Part shown: in pieces, positions 62,587-64,000 of the stretch
Layout of the letters: each line of letters starts with the position of its first letter
Position numbering within the stretch: the stretch's first letter is position 1
Assembly: GCA_019828565.1 (NCBI GenBank)
Contig: JAHDYR010000038.1
Coordinates: 760,735-824,734 of the forward strand
Reading direction: 5' to 3'
Source: Carpediemonas membranifera BICM
Taxonomy: Eukaryota > Protista > Fornicata
Length of the DNA stretch: 64,000 nucleotides
The notes under the pieces: generated by a model
The model's input: the letters and a program-made list of their open reading frames with translations, nothing else
What the model was told of the DNA's origin: nothing
Database searches by the model: none
Made by a program: the position numbers and the translations under genes

Positions 62587-64000
62587 CTACTCCAGGCCGC
62601 CCGCAGCCAAGGCCTGCTGCCTGAGGTCATCTTCGTGGCCGCTCTCGACGACGAGGCTCTCAAAGATGCCGCCCGCCTGGACCAGGTCCGCGGGGGTGCC
62701 GAACTCAGCTACGGCGCCCTGGTCGAGCACGAGGATCCTGTCGGAGTCTATGACTGTGTTGAGTCTGTGGGCGACAGTCAGCACGGTCTTGTCCTTAAAC
62801 TGCTCCCTTATCATGGTCTGTATGACGGTGTCCGTCTCCATGTCGACGCTGGCGGTGGCCTCGTCCAGGCATATGACCCTGGAGTTCCTGAGTACGGCCC
62901 TGGCGATGCACAGCAGTTGTCTCTGGCCCTGGGAGAGGTTGGCGCCGCCCTCCCGGATGGGGTCTGCGAGTGTCGTGAAGACGTGCCTCATGCTGACGAG
63001 CTCCAGCTTCTCCCAGATCTCGTCGTCCGTGAACTCGTCGTAGGGGTCCAGATTGTACCGCAGCGTCGCGTTGAAGAGCACGGGGTCCTGCGGGATGATC
63101 GCCAGGGCGTGCCGGACGTCGTGGAGGCCGAGGTCCTGGATGCAGCGGTTGTCTACGGTGACAGAGGAACCCTCGTCGGCCTCGATGATCCTGAAGAGCA
63201 CGTTGAACAGCGTCGACTTGCCGCTCCCGGTACGCCCAACCACGCCGACCTTCTGGCCGTCTGCGATGATCAGGTCCGCGATGCTGAGCACGACGGGCAG
63301 CTCTGGTCGATACCGCACTTTAAGGTCCCTGAAGACGATGGAGCCCGTCTGCGGCCACTGGGAGGCCTTGAGCTCCTTGCTGACGCTGGACCTGAACGGC
63401 TTCTCCTGGGGCAGCTTGTACAGCTCCGTCATCCGCTCGATGGCGTTCATCTCAGCCTCCATCATGGACGTCTGCCGTATGAGCATGGCGAGCATGCTGG
63501 TGCTGTTCAGCGAGATGGTCAGTGCGAGTGAGAGGAACGCCGTGGAGATGAGGCCGGACGGGGCAATGACGATGGACGACACGCAGATGAGGAACACGAT
63601 GAGCCCGCCCAGCGTCTCGAGACGCACGCCCAGCCAGCGAGAGATCATGACGCTGTAGTAGTAGAAGCGCATGTTGGCGTCCGTACTGGCGGCGTTCTCC
63701 TTGATGTAGCGCTGCCCGACACCGAAGGCCCTGAGCGTGGGAAGCCCCGAGACAGCCTCCTCGAACTGGGCGAAGATCGGGGACCTGGATACGGAGATCA
63801 TCCGCTTGAGCTCCCTGGCGGTGGCCTGGTAGATGTGACGGATGAAGAGGTAGAACGCCATGACCGGCAGGAGCAGGGGGAGGAAGACGGGGTTGACGAC
63901 GACGATCGACAGCAGGTTGAATATCAGCCGCATGAGCAGCTGCATCATGCTCAGCAGGGTCGCCGGCAGGGTCGTGTCGACGCCCTCCAGGTCCTTGCTG
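62587..64000 (-). CDS. ABCC/MRP-type ABC transporter, C-terminal part (runs off window)
   Basis: RELKR..SVSRSP, GVVGRTGSGKS, IIPQDPVLF, NLSQGQRQLLCIARA, LDEATASVD, VAHRLNT. Confidence 0.93.
   Translation of the reverse strand, partial: SKDLEGVDTTLPATLLSMMQLLMRLIFNLLSIVVVNPVFLPLLLPVMAFYLFIRHIYQATARELKRMISVSRSPIFAQFEEAVSGLPTLRAFGVGQRYIKENAASTDANMRFYYYSVMISRWLGVRLETLGGLIVFLICVSSIVIAPSGLISTAFLSLALTISLNSTSMLAMLIRQTSMMEAEMNAIERMTELYKLPQEKPFRSSVSKELKASQWPQTGSIVFRDLKVRYRPELPVVLSIADLIIADGQKVGVVGRTGSGKSTLFNVLFRIIEADEGSSVTVDNRCIQDLGLHDVRHALAIIPQDPVLFNATLRYNLDPYDEFTDDEIWEKLELVSMRHVFTTLADPIREGGANLSQGQRQLLCIARAVLRNSRVICLDEATASVDMETDTVIQTMIREQFKDKTVLTVAHRLNTVIDSDRILVLDQGAVAEFGTPADLVQAGGIFESLVVESGHEDDLRQQALAAGGLE

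Overview
Gene-dense, GC-rich eukaryotic DNA with very short spliceosomal introns (mostly 28-31 nt, GT...CACACAG) and the standard genetic code. It comes from an anaerobic flagellate: [FeFe]-hydrogenase and a stand-alone glycine decarboxylase P2 subunit with organellar-type N-termini, plus CFAP52 and a Tctex1 protein. A Carpediemonas-like metamonad is the best guess (inference). There are about 38 housekeeping or hypothetical genes (GNA1, TBCA, DRG1, NUP155, RAB2, RPB4, NAGK, PCMT1, RPT5, a DHHC enzyme, an ABCC transporter and others). The standout is an intronless 1792-aa gene (7220..12598, -) with the architecture novel repeat - WD40 propeller - coiled coil - protein kinase - HECT-like domain - Rcat/IBR/Rcat zinc fingers. 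This looks like a sensor-kinase fused to two different Cys-dependent E3 ligase modules. The gene occurs three times in the window: full length (A), with two in-frame microhomology deletions (B, 35735..37735) and 5'-truncated (C, 59931..61205). The duplicated units carry pieces of neighbouring genes: the 3' end of the DHHC gene and the start of the FG-GAP gene. All domain calls are motif recognition by eye; no searches were run.
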